A DNA stretch of 50,134 nt, filler included, from Catajapyx aquilonaris (Eukaryota), in NCBI GenBank assembly GCA_000934665.2. It is 3 parts of 3 records of this genome, joined end to end, with 100 filler letters (N's around TTAATTAATTAA, not from the genome) between each part and the next. Parts side by side here need not be neighbours in the genome. Positions count along the whole stretch, not along the records: positions 33,495 to 50,134 come from JYFJ02007144.1; 2 more parts are not named here. One strand, given 5' to 3'. The notes beneath the pieces are model-generated. The model was not told where the DNA came from. It did no database searches and saw nothing but the letters and a program-made list of their open reading frames with translations. The position numbers and the translations under genes were made by a program. Position 1 is the stretch's first letter. Every line of letters begins with the position of its first letter. Below are positions 34,624 to 48,389 of the stretch, one piece after another.

Positions 34624-37228
34624 TAATTCTTAATAGCACCAGCAGATAATCCCTTGGGGATCCCTAAGAAGCTCCAACGCCTGTCGATGGTTCTTCACTG
34701 CACAGCCAGAGATTTCTTATCATATTCTTCCCCCGCGACTTTTTGCGACCCTTCTCCGTCGCGTCGCCTTGGTCTTGGTCACCAGCCTGCCTCCCTTGGC
34801 CTTCTTTTTCTTCTTGCGGGGTGCTGATTTCTCTTCAGCCAAGTGGTTGTCGTCATCGCCGACTTCCAAGGTAGCTTCGGCCTGGACCTCACTTCGATCA
34901 GCGAAACCTGTCTCACTCTCACAAGTCATCAAACGAACTGCAACTTGTCTGCGCCGCCGCACACAGGTGTGGACAGGAGAGGAAGTGCCTCGATTATGGG
35001 TGGTAGCAAGCTCTTGGTGGTAGAGGGGGTGGGAGTATGAATCCTAGGTCATCAACCGTCGCGTCGCACTCATGGCAACACTGTAGCTTTTCCCGCCGCT
35101 GCCATAGTATAGGTGCCTTGGCCTTATACTGTAGTAGATGATGCAATGCACTCTTTGTTGAATGCTACTAATTATCTCAATAACAAAAGAAACTGTTGTA
35201 GACACCAAATGACACCTGTGTAGTGATAGGCCTTGGCAAGGCCCGTGAGCGGCCCTCGAACAGGCCCTCTGAGTAACACACACGTCCTGACTTTGTGAAC
35301 TCTAAGTGTTTACTACTGAATGTCAACAATGCCAGTTGACAACCTGATAGTCATGCCAACTGGCTAACAATACAACCTGTGCACACATAAACACATAAAC
35401 AGTTCTGTTCTGAATTAGCTGTGGGGACGTGAAAATTCCACTTTTCGAAGCTAGTGTAAACTAACCTAACCTAACCTAACCTAACCATACCTACCCTACC
35501 CTACCCTACCCTACCTAATCTACCCTACCCTAACTCACCTAGGCTGAGAAAAATGGACTTTTGTGAAACCCTACGAATGAAAATAGTGGGGACATGATAT
35601 GTCCCCACTATTTTTTTCACGTCCCCACTGTAATAGTACACAGCGCGTGTGTGCATGAGTGGGGACCTGAAAATGTCCCCACAATTAAATTGTGGGGACA
35701 CGTAGTAAAATCAAAGAAACACACAAACTTCCGTCCCCTGAGCTAATTGAAGACCTGGACTAGACTGTGTGTATATTTCCCTTCGCCTGATAATAATGCG
35801 TCAGCAATTTTATTGCCTGTCGTGCACCCGGGAGTCCTGGATTTAGCTTATCCAGACAATTTATGCTTTATTGTAATATAAAACGGCTCTCATTTATCTA
35901 TACGTAGTTTGATACCCTTCTGCGCTCCTAGCCCTGATTTGTAGAAGAAATTGCCTAATTTATTTACGTTTTCTGGAGTCTGTCAGTCTTAATTCTGTCT
36001 TTGGCACACCTGAATCTGTTTTACTGCGAAAAACCGGCCTTTTCTCCCACAACTATCTGCCAGTGATGGTGCACCCGATACTGCAAATGAAAATGATACA
36101 ATCCAGATTCCGTAGTGCGCTTAGGATGACGCAACATGTGCTCCTGATTGAGGTCATGTTGCGAAATTCTTTTCCAGCAATAAATTGATGGTGGTGATGA
36201 TGACCTCGGACAGGAAGTTGGCGGACTCTGCGCCTTTTTTTTCACACGTCTCCTGGTTATCGGTTGCTGAGACCATGAAGCTAGGTTAGACAATGCATGA
36301 GAGTAGCTCAATCAGGGGGGTTGCATGAAGTTGGAAGTGAGTCATATCCTCACATGTATGTATTCCTCCTTCCACAATACTATCAATAACCCATTTGATA
36401 AGATAACTTCATCCTGGGATTGTTGCAGGATTGCGTCTCTTGTAGCAAAATGGAGGTTCGCATATAATTAAAACGGCTGGTTTCGACAGTTACATAATAT
36501 GCTGTATATACGGAGGCGACAGGCCTTATCTAGTATGTATGGGTAATAAACGTTAATGGCTTGAGGGAAAAAGTGGCCTGACTGGACGCAATACGCAGTA
36601 GAAATACCGGGTATTCCAAGTAAAATGTCTATAATAGTGGTTAGCGATATTTTTCCCCCCTGTTGCGTATTTTTAGCAATAATTACTACAGGTTATCGAA
36701 AATTACCAATGGTACCGGTACGACGAATTGAATCACCTATGCAAGTTGTGAATAATTGCAATGAATTTCCGTTTGGGAATGACCCACGGGAACAATATAC
36801 TCTAGCAAAGAACGTTAATTTACTCATAAATTCATTATTATTATTATTAGTATTATTTACAGGCATTAAAAATGTGTAATTACGTGCAAACTAACACAGC
36901 ATTAGCAGATCTAAGACTTTCGAGAACTACTAAACACAACTCTTTATCATATAGCCTACTGTACAGTAAAAATATGCAGCTTATTGCCAAAAAAAATCGC
37001 TAGACGTCCCCGACACTACAGTGTTGGACCAGCCTGAATGCGGCAAAAATTATAATTGGCAATAGTCGTTTCAAGATCTTTTCGAGAAAAAAAAAACCCT
37101 TAGAGGCCCAGAATGCCAACTTACGATCTTGCTTAGAAGTACTTTATGAAAGCACCTATGAATACGGTATAGAAACTGTTGCACCAGTGAAAGTAAACCG
37201 TCGAGAGAAAATGTATCTTTGTAATTAA

Positions 37229-37384
37229 CCCTGTAATGCCACTAATCTAAGTAATGCCCACTGGGTCATATCTGGCACACCATTTAGTGTAATTTTTGCA
37301 ACTTTTGCAATTTTTATATTTTCTGTAAGTGTACCAAATTGCACTAAATGGTGTGCCAGATATGACCCAAGGAGCATTACAGGG
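37229..37384. mobile_element. piggyBac-type MITE
   Basis: TTAA|CCCTGTAATGC...GCATTACAGGG|TTAA. Confidence 0.85.
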
Positions 37385-37697
37385 TTAACTGTTGACACCA
37401 ACTAATGAAGCAATTAGTGTAAAAATATGAGAATTTTCAATATGAGGGACAGACGTCGCCCCGCCCACATTTTGAGAAGTTATGCTGCGGGTACTGTAGG
37501 CCATGACAATAGTGTTTTACACAGTGCAGTGTTAGGTATTCTAATTAATAAAGAGATGATTTACGTCGTAAAGTATACTGGATGATGTGGGTAGGTTTTC
37601 GGTACATGCAGTGTTAACCGATTAGGTCTACTTTTTATACAAGGTGTTTCACTAGGTAGTCCCCCCCAAAGAATCAGTTATCATCTTTTCCCACTCT

Positions 37698-38298
37698 ACC
37701 TAGAAACATAATGTTTGGTTTCAAACTTACCTTAGTTCATGGGAATGTAGCACCATTCACAATAAATGCTGGAATTGACCTCCATTGACATCTAAACACA
37801 CTCGAACGCGACGTGACGCGAATCTCCTTATTATCGCAGGTCCTCCGCAACATAATATTATCCTCATCAACAGTCTGGATTGCGGCACTGATGTTACTTT
37901 CCCAGCCTTCTAACCTCGAGGCTTATTGTTGTACGCATAATATTATTCAAATATTCCCATTAGCAGCTTTTTAGCAGGTGGAAACAAAATACCAAGTTTT
38001 TGTGAAAAAACATCGCAGTCACTTTTTCAGTGACGTCAGCAGCCTATGCTTCCCATCTTCGATTATTTATTCCTCTAAAGGAGGTAACCTGCGACCTGCC
38101 ACTGTATTGGTCCAAAACACTCCATACAGCAATCCTGACTGTTGATGTCAATATACTGCGGAGGACCTTCGGTAATAATAAGATTTGCGACGTGCGCGTT
38201 CGAGTGTGTATGGAGGTCAAATCCAGCATTTATTGTGAACGTTGCTACATTCGCATGAACTAAGGTAAGTTTGCAACCAAAACATCATGTTTGTAGGT
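37698..38298. mobile_element. MITE with ~85-bp imperfect TIRs
   Basis: 37698-37784 is the reverse complement of 38211-38298. Confidence 0.65.
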
Positions 38299-40026
38299 AA
38301 AGTTTTTGAAACCAGCAGAGACCAGCAAAAACCAGCATGCTGGTACCAGCAAAATATTGCTGGCGTTGCTGGAATGGCTGCTGGTCGGGATTTTGCTGGT
38401 CTCTCCTGGAAGTTGAGTAGCCATGAACCTTTCCTGCAGTCCAAATTTTCAGCAGTCCAGCATTGCTGGGACGAGCATACCAGCATGGCTGGTTTCAAAA
38501 CCGGGGTGGGAAGAAAAATGTAGCCAGTTCTTTATTTGGGGGGGGGGGGGGGTACTTGTGAAACACCCAGCTGTATCACGGACTTGAGCATCCATGGAGG
38601 GCCCGCGCGGGCCCATCCTTTTTAAAGACTGCAGAGGTCGAGTTAAAGTCGGCAGGAGGGGGGGGGGGGTGGAAGACAGAGAATGCAGNGGGGTGGAAGA
38701 CAGAGAATGCAGAAATGCCCTTTGGTCCCAGCCAGCCACTGGCGGAAGTAGATAAGGGATCCAATAGCGACGCTATCCTGCTTTTTCTGGATTGTCCCTA
38801 CCTCTTTCCCCTTCCCCCAACTGACGAAGTGGGTGGTGCCACAGGCAGGGCTGGACCTCCATTACTAGTCTAGCAACAAGCCAGCCAACAATCCAACCCC
38901 ATCTGCATACATCACATCTCGACCATGTCCACTCAATCTGCAGAACTGAAGGAGCCCCTCCTCGACCCATCGCAGATATTCAGGTCAGCATTTTCAACCT
39001 CACTTTGCCTCACCCTTTACCTTGATCCAACAGACCACTTGTTCATTTAGTGGCGAAGTCTATGGAGATAGGTATCCCATCGCGCCAATATGGTACCGTA
39101 TCCACTTCACCTGTTAGCTGGTACCCCCAACACACCCGAAGTCAACAAAAAGAGCTGGTGTTCACGTGTTAATTTCCCTGTCTGATTTGCAAGTGACTAC
39201 AACAGTTCGTTATTCACGTGACACCACTTTGTATCGTTAAACACATGTAATTCCAACTCTAACTCCCGGATTTGCCTCAAACGTAATCATAATTACTGCG
39301 CATTTAGTACTAAATAACTCCGATGTAACTTCAATTAGCAGGCGGGTTTGAAATTATAGGCTCTCGAGCTGTGATTTGGGGACATAACCACAGCCTCCTC
39401 TCACAAGTTAATGATAAATTGTTTTCCCCATGAAGTAACGGATTTGTATTGGTGCTACTAATATTCACTCACTCATTCCTTCTTCTTCACGGCATTATTC
39501 CATGAGTGGGGTAGCCAGAGATAACCAGGTGAGCACAACACCTATAGCCATCTCAGATGACTGATGCAGGTGAATCCTCTGGTGGCTCTAATAATTAGTC
39601 TAATATCCTGATAACTAATAATATTATTAACCAACATACTGGTTACCAAACTGTCCGTTCTTGGAGCAACTAATTTTAATTATGACCTAGATCAGCCTTG
39701 TTGAGCAATTAAGCATTGTTAAAGAACATTATCCAATAAATGGGTGCAACTCCTGGTTAAATGGTATTTACGGTATGTACGTCTTCTTAATAGCCTACTT
39801 TAAGTGGCATTAATGCTGAGTGTCATTGCTGGAAAATGACATTAAATTCAAATTTATATTACCAGATAATCGCGCACACTTCCAATGGCTTTGTTAAATG
39901 CTGACCATGTACCAAAAGTGAAATGAACAAAGTCACTGAATGTAATAATAATCAGTATAGAAGCTGCTTTTTAGGGCAGATTATTTTCGCCTAAATAACC
40001 GGCCGTAAATTACGATTCAAGCCAAT

Positions 40027-40138
40027 AGGGTGGAATTTTCGTCCCACTTCTATAGTTACTGCTATCTTAGCAGTACCAGTGTTGGCAATGGTACTGCTAA
40101 GTTAGCAGTAACTAGCAAATGGGACGAAAATTCCACCC
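40027..40138. mobile_element. ~110-bp palindromic MITE; second copy at ~42680-42789, related end at ~49388
   Basis: GGGTGGAATTTTCGTCCCA...TGGGACGAAAATTCCACCC. Confidence 0.8.
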
Positions 40139-40193
40139 ATACCTTTTTATAAATAGTTCAATACATTATTCATATCAGCTAAATACCACTTCC

Positions 40194-42359
40194 AGTAAGG
40201 GAGATCGGGGTCGGTTGTAACACTTTTTAGTCTGGATTTTTAAAATCCGTTACGGTACATATTCATTCAGGCAAAGGTTTATGACATGGTGGAAATAAGC
40301 CAACATTCCTCTATGTAAAATTAACATAAAATTTTAAAACTAAAAATTGATAGATTTATAAATATTTTTCTAAGGAAAGGCAGAGTGTTACAACCGACCC
40401 CATCACAGGGGCGGTTGTAACAGAGGGCGGGGTCGATTGTAACACTATTCCTTAAATGGTAAATGTAATATGGAATAACAGTTTACACCCACTCATCTTC
40501 TCGGCAATTGCCTTTACAGCCTACTGTCTTGATCCACATAGATTGCTCTTTATCTCTCGAGACACTGGCATTTACTCAGTAGAATAGTATTGCTAGAGAA
40601 TAGATTTTTTATTCGTATAAATTTTCGACAAACTGGTTATATAAGAGGCTTTATTGCACAAAATAATAACTATTTCTACTCTCAATATCCCCCATACGGG
40701 ACTGTAGCATCTGTACCCAGACTTGACCTTTATCCTATGATTTTACCACATACCATGTTACAACTGACCCAAGGAAGCTGAAATATTACAACCGTCCCTA
40801 TTGTGTGTTGTCTTGTAGATATGCTTACTACTTTTTAACTCGGCAAATGATTTGGTCATCCATACCGTCAGTGTGACGACTGTGACCCCACTAAAGGAAC
40901 CTATCTCATGATACCAAGGGCATTTCAATGTCACCTCCACCCTTCACATAACAATATGCAACAAAATTTGACTATTTTTTGTCAATGGAAATTCATCGTC
41001 CTATTCGTGTTCCTTAGGTTACAAGAAACTCATAATGGGCATTCACTTTGTCTTTGATTTGTATTTGACCTCAGGGCAGTCAAAAAACCAAAATCCTCAA
41101 ATATAGCCGTTTTTTCCCAATCAAGTGGGACTAAATGTTGCTAGACCATCTCGGATTTTTCTGAAAATAATCACAGCTGTACACATCTATGCCGTACACT
41201 GCATATCAAGTTTCAGCCAAATTGCGAAATACCGTGGGGAGGTAAAAAATCGCGAAATCTGGAAAATGGGGCCTTTTTTGGATATTTTTTTTCGCTTATT
41301 GGAAGTGGCCAAAACCCAATCAACTGAGGCCTATACATCAAATGAAATAGAAAAGCGAGTAAATAGAATGCGCCTATGGAATTTGATTTTCTCGAAAATG
41401 CACCCAGAAAAACATGATTGTATGGCATTCCGTCGGTCACATGCTCAGTCAGTAACATGTCCAAGTGTTTAGACCCCAAAAATTAGTGATGTATTTGCGT
41501 AAGAGCAGCCATCATATTTGGTGAAGGAGTTGTGACCCATAGAAGATTCAATATGTTCAGTTTCAATCCTGGGTCATGCATGGCTCGCGAGAAAATAATG
41601 GATAATTATGTTTGCCGAATTACCATTAATTTTAATGGAGCCAAATTCTTGGACATGTGACTGATGAAATGCCATGCATGTTTTTCTGAGTGCATTTTGC
41701 AAAAAAACCAATTCCATAGGCGCATTCTACTCGCGTTTATCTTCAGTTCATTTGATGTATGTTGATTGGGTTTTGATCACTTCCAGCAATAACCGAAAAA
41801 AATAATACAAAAAAAAGCCAAACTTTCAAAATTTCGGGATTTTTCCCCCTCTCCACTGTATTTCGCTATTTGGCTGAAACGTGATATGCAGTGTTACGGC
41901 AAAGGTGTGTACAGCTGTGATTATTTTCAGAAAAATCCGGGATGGTCTGGCAACATTTAGGCCCACTTGATTGGGAAAAAACTGCTATATTTGAAGACTT
42001 TGGTTTTTTGACTGCCCCGAGGTCAAAAACAAATCAAATACAAAATGAATGCCCATTATGAGTTACTTGTGACCTAAGGAACACGAATATGACGATAAAT
42101 TTCCATGGACAAATATCGTGTTGCATAGTGTAATCATTTGATTACTGTCTATTACAAAAGTTGAGAACACACGTTGATTTTGGTTTTTTGCATATAGAAG
42201 AACAAAAAACCAAAAAAGGCGAACCCTACGTTTTGCCTGGCTTAGAGGCCATAGTGACACACGTGCTGTGTGAGTTTCAGCTTCAGGGCTTTCCAAACGT
42301 ATTTATTATTGGCGATGTTACAACAGTACCCTGTTACAACCACCCCGATCTCCTTTACT
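40194..42359. mobile_element. TIR DNA transposon derivative containing a nested ~1.1-kb foldback element (40978-42113)
   Basis: Outer TIRs AGTAAGGGAGATCGGGGT.GGTTGTAACA and TGTTACAACCACCCCGATCTCCTTTACT. The inner element has ~480-bp inverted arms. Confidence 0.75.
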
Positions 42360-43338
42360 TGTTAAACGTGTTTTAAAAAAATCAACCCTCAGAGTTTTCT
42401 CCGTCCCCTGAATGTGCATTCCAATGTTTATTACGGGCTTGTATTGTCGATTGTAGACTACACCGGAAATGTTTAACCGGACAATACCGGTGAGGCTTAA
42501 TGTGTGTGAGTGAGTTTGTAACAAGAGATGTAATGTAACAAGTGCCAGACACGGAAAATGAAGTCATTCGATTCCTCCAAGATTCGGCGTGTGTATTGAG
42601 AAACCTTGAATCTCTTTCCTGCGACAATGACCTGCAACCAGCAGGCTACGCTTTGCCAAGTTTTCCCACGGTCAGTCTGAAGGTTGAATTTCCGTCCCAC
42701 TGATAGTTACTGCTAAATTAGCAGTACCAGTGTTGGCAATGGTACTGCTAAGTTAGCAGTAACTATCAGTGAGACGAAAATTCCACCCTAATGCTCTAAG
42801 ATAACTGACCTCTAAATGCAGCCGCTTTATATCGAACTGAATATTTGATGCTTTGCTCGATATAAAACGATATCATAAGACTTACTAATGATAGCCTGGT
42901 TCTTCACTGCTGGTATGTGACATTACAGTATCAAAGGATATTGGTAGTGCGGATAAAACCACATTTATACTGTATATTATGCATGTTGTGGCATGCATGA
43001 TGGACACCACGAACATCAGTAAAATAACAATACACATGAGGTTTTTGTCATTACTAACCATACACGATTTACTTCTGGTTGCTCACTCGAACCTCGGGAC
43101 CTGAATTGCATTTAATCACGCACAAGCACAGGGTAGCCTAAATCTGAATAGCCCTACATGCTACATTGCTAACTCACCTAACTGATTTTTTTTGACGAGT
43201 GGAAAAACTCCAATGCCACAAGTGATGTAAACTTGCTCTCGGCTGTATTATTTAAAAGCCAGCTTCTGACAATCAGGCAATGTACTGCTTGTGGTGCACC
43301 CAATGATTATTATTGTAAGACCGCTCATATAAAGTGAT

Positions 43339-43681
43339 GTAGGGGGAAAGTGCCCGTATTTCGACCATGAGCCTATTTCGACCACAATGCTATATCAGCT
43401 GTTACGTGTTACATCTTGCCGAAGACAATGGGAAAATGTCACAAAGACGGAATTTGTGAGCTGGCTGCACTGGACTGGTGCGAACATCCGTTCATTGTAC
43501 TGTACAACCTTTGGACACCTTGGGTTTGTTTTTAAACGCACAGGGAACTGCATTTCATTGCTGGGTTTTGAAGGTAAATGCTCAATGTATTAAAATCCAC
43601 TTTTCTTGTTTGCTGAGTTCGGTCATTTCCTAACCTGTAGGAGAAGAAAAAGTAAGGGTGTCGATTTGGGCACTTTCCCCC
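43339..43681. mobile_element. MITE
   Basis: GGGGGAAAGTGCCC...GGGCACTTTCCCC termini. Confidence 0.55.
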
Positions 43682-45612
43682 TCCGACTTGTGCTGATGCA
43701 CCCGGTGCACCTGTCTAATAAACACCGACTGTGTAAACATTTACTACTGAACATACATTGGTGTTCTTGTCTTCAATAAGCTGTGGGACCGGAAGTAGGT
43801 TTTTACTGTAACTGTGGGGACTACTGTCCCCACAATTTCTCTTGTGGGACATTTTGGGACCCCACATCTTCACCGTTACCGTTATAAATCCCCACAATTT
43901 CGATTTGCAGGGTTTCACAAAAGTCCATTTCTCTCAGCCTAGGTTAGGTAGGGTATAAGGTAAGGTAAGGTTAGGTAGGGTAGGATAGGTTAGGTTAGGT
44001 TAGGTTAGTTGACACTAACTTCGAAAAGTTGAGATTTCAACGTCCCCATAGCTTATTTAACGCAAGTCTGTGTGCGCAACCCTGTTCTAAATCCTATTGT
44101 AAACCGACCCTCTGCGTATGTGAAATAATGATGACGCTATATCCAGGCTATGAAATGTGATGCGCTGCATGTGTCGGGCAGCCAGATAGTGCGGTGTCGC
44201 CGGTGAGGGGTCAGAAGGTGAGTGACTGATGGGGAGGATCGAGTGACAAGCGTGGGCAGCATGACGCGGTGATATAACACTTGATCATCCGAGCTTAACT
44301 GCTTGGGTATACATACATGCAGTGTATCTAGTGTTTGCGTAACCAGAAAGGCAATAAAGGCTTGATAAGGAAAAGAAGGCGATTCACATTATTTTGATGG
44401 AATCTGTAAGTGCAGGCAGGTAACCTGTTTGTTGGACAACTGCCAGTGCAGTGGCATAATATGTCCTCTTTCCCATTTTTTTGGTAAGGAAAACACCGAT
44501 GTTGACTTATTTAAACAATAACAAGTTGATAATTGACAAAGAAAATCCAAATAATTTTCGGACAATTTCAACCTTTTGATTTAAAAATTCGATTTTTCCG
44601 CAAAAATCGATGCCGTTTTCAGGTAATGCAGTGATAATAAACTTATACAGTTCTTCTGTTTGTTTTTTTGCAATACAGTCCCAATAAAGAAAACTTGCTC
44701 ACTGTCAGTGAAGATGTTTTGCGTGACAAAGCGAGTCCAATCAACACAGGTTTCAGGGTATGGAATCATAACTTGGCCAACAATGTCGACAATGAAACGA
44801 ATTATTTGTTGCGCAAATTATGCCAGTAGGTGTACCCATCAATTTCCAATGACGGGCCTATAGATCAAGCGGTTGTATACAGTACCGTTAATGCATAACC
44901 TCTGTTGAGGGCATACCGTCAGGTTTCGTGATTGATAATAAATCTTCAAAGTAGAGGCATACGAAGTGCGCGTGCTCCTCATTTCGGAGTTAGGCTTTTT
45001 GAAATTTCCATAGATTAAATTACCGCACTTTATTTTGTCAGTTTATCCATCATTACAGAGATAACAGCTTGTTGTGCTTTGAATAATTGCCGTAACGTGC
45101 AGGTGATATGGCTCACCCTGCAATCGTGGCAACCCGTAAAACATCCTCGCTACATGGGTGGCCTGCCATGAAGGATAAGCCCTGTCATCAGTGTGCTAAG
45201 AGCTAAGAGATTCAAAAACCAAGAGATAATCTCCGTAAGCCGACATGACCAAGCTAAACTAGAGTAATGTAGTCTGAGAACTGCGCAAAAAGCCTATAGA
45301 GGCGAGAGGAAGTGCGCACCTTTGCAACCAATATGCACAAGTGGTATATTATTCTAGTTATTCACCTATAGAAACAACCAATTTTTGCTGAAATAATTTA
45401 CATCTAATCAGGTCTTAATCCCGCTTAATCCTTCAGAACCAACATTGGTTTTATCAGTATAGCTAAGCCAGCTAGAGTGAGCAGCAGCCTGGAATGTGCG
45501 TTGAGAGAACGTAGGCTTCTCTCCTGGTCACAGCATCAGCTTAATGGCCTGTTATGGCCAATGGTGCCAATGTTACTTGGTGGAGAGGTAATACATTTGG
45601 ATGCCCTTTTAG

Positions 45613-47647
45613 GCCCGAGCCGGTGTACAAGGACCTTGATCATCAGGAGAAGTCGAAGCAGGCCAGAAAGAAGGAGGCTAGCGAGTACCGGGTGTTCTCA
45701 GAGAGCGAGGAGAGCAGGGTGCGGAGCACCTACTACACCATGCACCGTTGCCAGACGGTGTCGTCCGTTCGAGAGCGCATGGACCGCTGGACAAAGTTCA
45801 ACTACGTCCAGTGCGACGCCATGACTGCTCTCAAGTAAGTGCATGGTGGTGGCTGAAATTTTCGGAAATAATACAAGCCCATTCATACAGCCCACACACG
45901 CACGCTTCTCTGATCTCAGTGAGGGGAACTCGGCCTCATTTTGGAGCCAATGCAATGGGAATTGGGAAGGCCGAGTTCCCGCCTTCGATGCGATTAACGG
46001 TATAATTATCCAGACAGAATTCATTCACAATTTCATATGCGATCAGGTGATAGATTTGTGGTTTTAGGTTGCAACACTTTGATTAACAGCCAAAGAGTAA
46101 CCGAACTAGAGCCCGGCTCCAAGTTTCCCAGGCGAGACATTTCCTTCACCCTTTACCCACCTTCCAGGCGTCTGTCCGAGCTGGTGGACGAGAGCGACCC
46201 GGACGTGGACTCCCCGAATATCTTCCACGCCTTCCAGACGGCCGAGGCGATCCGGAAGGCCCATCCGGACAAGCCCTGGTTCCATCTGGTGGGCCTCCTG
46301 CATGACCTGGGAAAGATGATGGCTTTCTCAGGGGAGCCCCAATGGGCGGTGGTCGGGGACACTTTCCCCGTTGGGTGCAGGTTCGCCTTCCAAGGGATCG
46401 TTTATGGGGAGGACAGCTTCACTGGCAACCCTGACCTGCACGACGACAGATACAAGTAACTATCATGTAAACCATTTACCAATACTATGTACTAATCGCA
46501 AATCACTACCACCATCCTCCATCCCCTCAGATGGGAGGGTTCCCACATTGTATTCCTAGTAGGACATCCGTGGTGATCCAAAAGAGGTGGCCGTTTCAGT
46601 AGTTTTAGCCACTCTTTTGCAGTTAGCTGCCTATCAATGCTAATGATCTGAGCATAATTCCATGCCACATAACTATGCAGTATGTGTCACTTACAGCACC
46701 AAGTATGGCATGTACAAGCCCAACTGCGGCCTGGAGAACGTGCTGATGTCGTGGGGTCACGACGAATACATGTACAGGGTGCTTGTTCGCAACAAGACTA
46801 CCCTGCCTAAGGAAGGGCTGTACATGATCCGGTTCCATTCCTTCTACCCCTGGCACGCTGCCGGGGAGTACATGCACCTATGCAACCAGAAGGACCTCGA
46901 AATGCTGCCATGGGTGAAAGAGTTCAAGTCAGTACATTTATGATGTCTGATTCAAATCATAATATGCCACTATAAATGAGTCCCTGTTTGGTGGGGAAGT
47001 GCTACTGGCTAAAGCTGAGTTAACACGGTGATCGTCTGTGCTTTTGGGTCTTGTTGCATGTTGGGGAGAATCGCCAATCACCATGACCTGCTCTCTTCTT
47101 TTTCGTTGGCCAAAGACGACGACGCCCATGGTAACCCAGCTTAAGGCCATGAGGACACGACCCTTCGGGTCGCGAGTTTGTTCTGCTGGTAGGAAAGAAA
47201 TATTCAGGAGGTTTTCTCCATATCCGCATGGGTCTTCTGGTGGTTCTCCCATTTCCCTCCTGCCTCTCAAAATTCGTCATCATCGACAATAGGATAAAAC
47301 CCCAAAATGCAAACTAGTGTACTAGTGTACAGGGTACTATACCAGGTGCAATAGATACGCCATGATAAGACCGTGGTCAAGATGCAACGAATATGTATCA
47401 ATACAACGCGATATCCATTTCACCTGGTACTGTACCCTGTAGACGTCTCCCTTATATCTTTAAAAAAGGCACGCACACTGATGATTCACAGTTGTTGTTG
47501 TTGTTCTTGTTAATTTGAACCGGTTTGTTCCTTTGCAGCAAGTTCGACCTGTACACCAAGTCTGACGAGAAACTGGACATTGAGGTGCTCATGCTTTACT
47601 ACCAGCAACTGCTGGACCAGTACCTTCCTGGAGAGTTGCAGTGGTGA
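45613..47647 (+). CDS. MIOX: Myo-inositol oxygenase; coding exons 45613-45834, 46168-46455, 46697-46927 and 47539-47647 (first exon not located)
   Basis: Motifs [55 protein letters not shown] and FNKFDLYTK. The GT-AG introns join in frame (all phase 2); stop TGA at 47645-47647. Confidence 0.96.
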
Positions 47648-48329
47648 ACTTTTGCAATCAGTCACAATCTCACACCTTATGCTTCAATAATTATTGTCCT
47701 TAACACCAGTGTCATACATGGACACATCCCTCTTGTAGACCATTGTGGTATAGCGGGTTCAGCTTCAATAAATGCTCTTGCATTCAGGGTGTCAACTCAT
47801 AACTCCAGGTCAAACTCCAGTTTAGCATGGCACAAGGTTTTGGGCTTCCTTTACTCTATGCACATTTTTGTAGCATGTGCGACACATGGACGTGGAAGTG
47901 TACTACTCTCTTTCTCCCCCTCTGCCTGGACCTTCAACTTGGGCTGATAAACACCTTGTAGTCAGGGTGTGGCATTTGATGCACAATCATTCTGGGGGAT
48001 GGTAGAGAGGTTCTAGGCAATTGCAGGTATAGGTATCGTGGGTCTCCGACATATGTTGATTGGCCTTATCTACAGACATATCAAATGACAAATAATTAAT
48101 TGGTCTAGAATCTAGATCACACAGCAAAATTAGAGAAATGGACTTGTAAATTTTTGGGATATCTCATTTCTGAGACTGTTTGGCAAAGCTTAGTTTACCA
48201 GAAATAATTGTTTCTATATTCAATATTCTGTCGATTTCTTCGAATACTGTTTCCTGAAAAGCAAACATTGTCTCTGGCTGTTATGACAATGATATAGACA
48301 TTATAGAGATACACAAACAAGCACTTGAA

Positions 48330-48389
48330 AACCTTTTTTTGAGATGCCAATAAATAATTAAATTATTTATTGGCATCTCAAAAAAGGTT
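48330..48389. repeat. Short AT-rich palindrome downstream of MIOX
   Basis: AACCTTTTTT..GAGATGCCAATAAATAATT mirrored around ~48360. Confidence 0.7.

Noticed and set aside
44127..44222. Candidate MIOX first coding exon ending at AAG|GTGAGT
   Set aside because: No open ATG frame gives the phase required to join the exon at 45613. It may be untranslated and is left unresolved.
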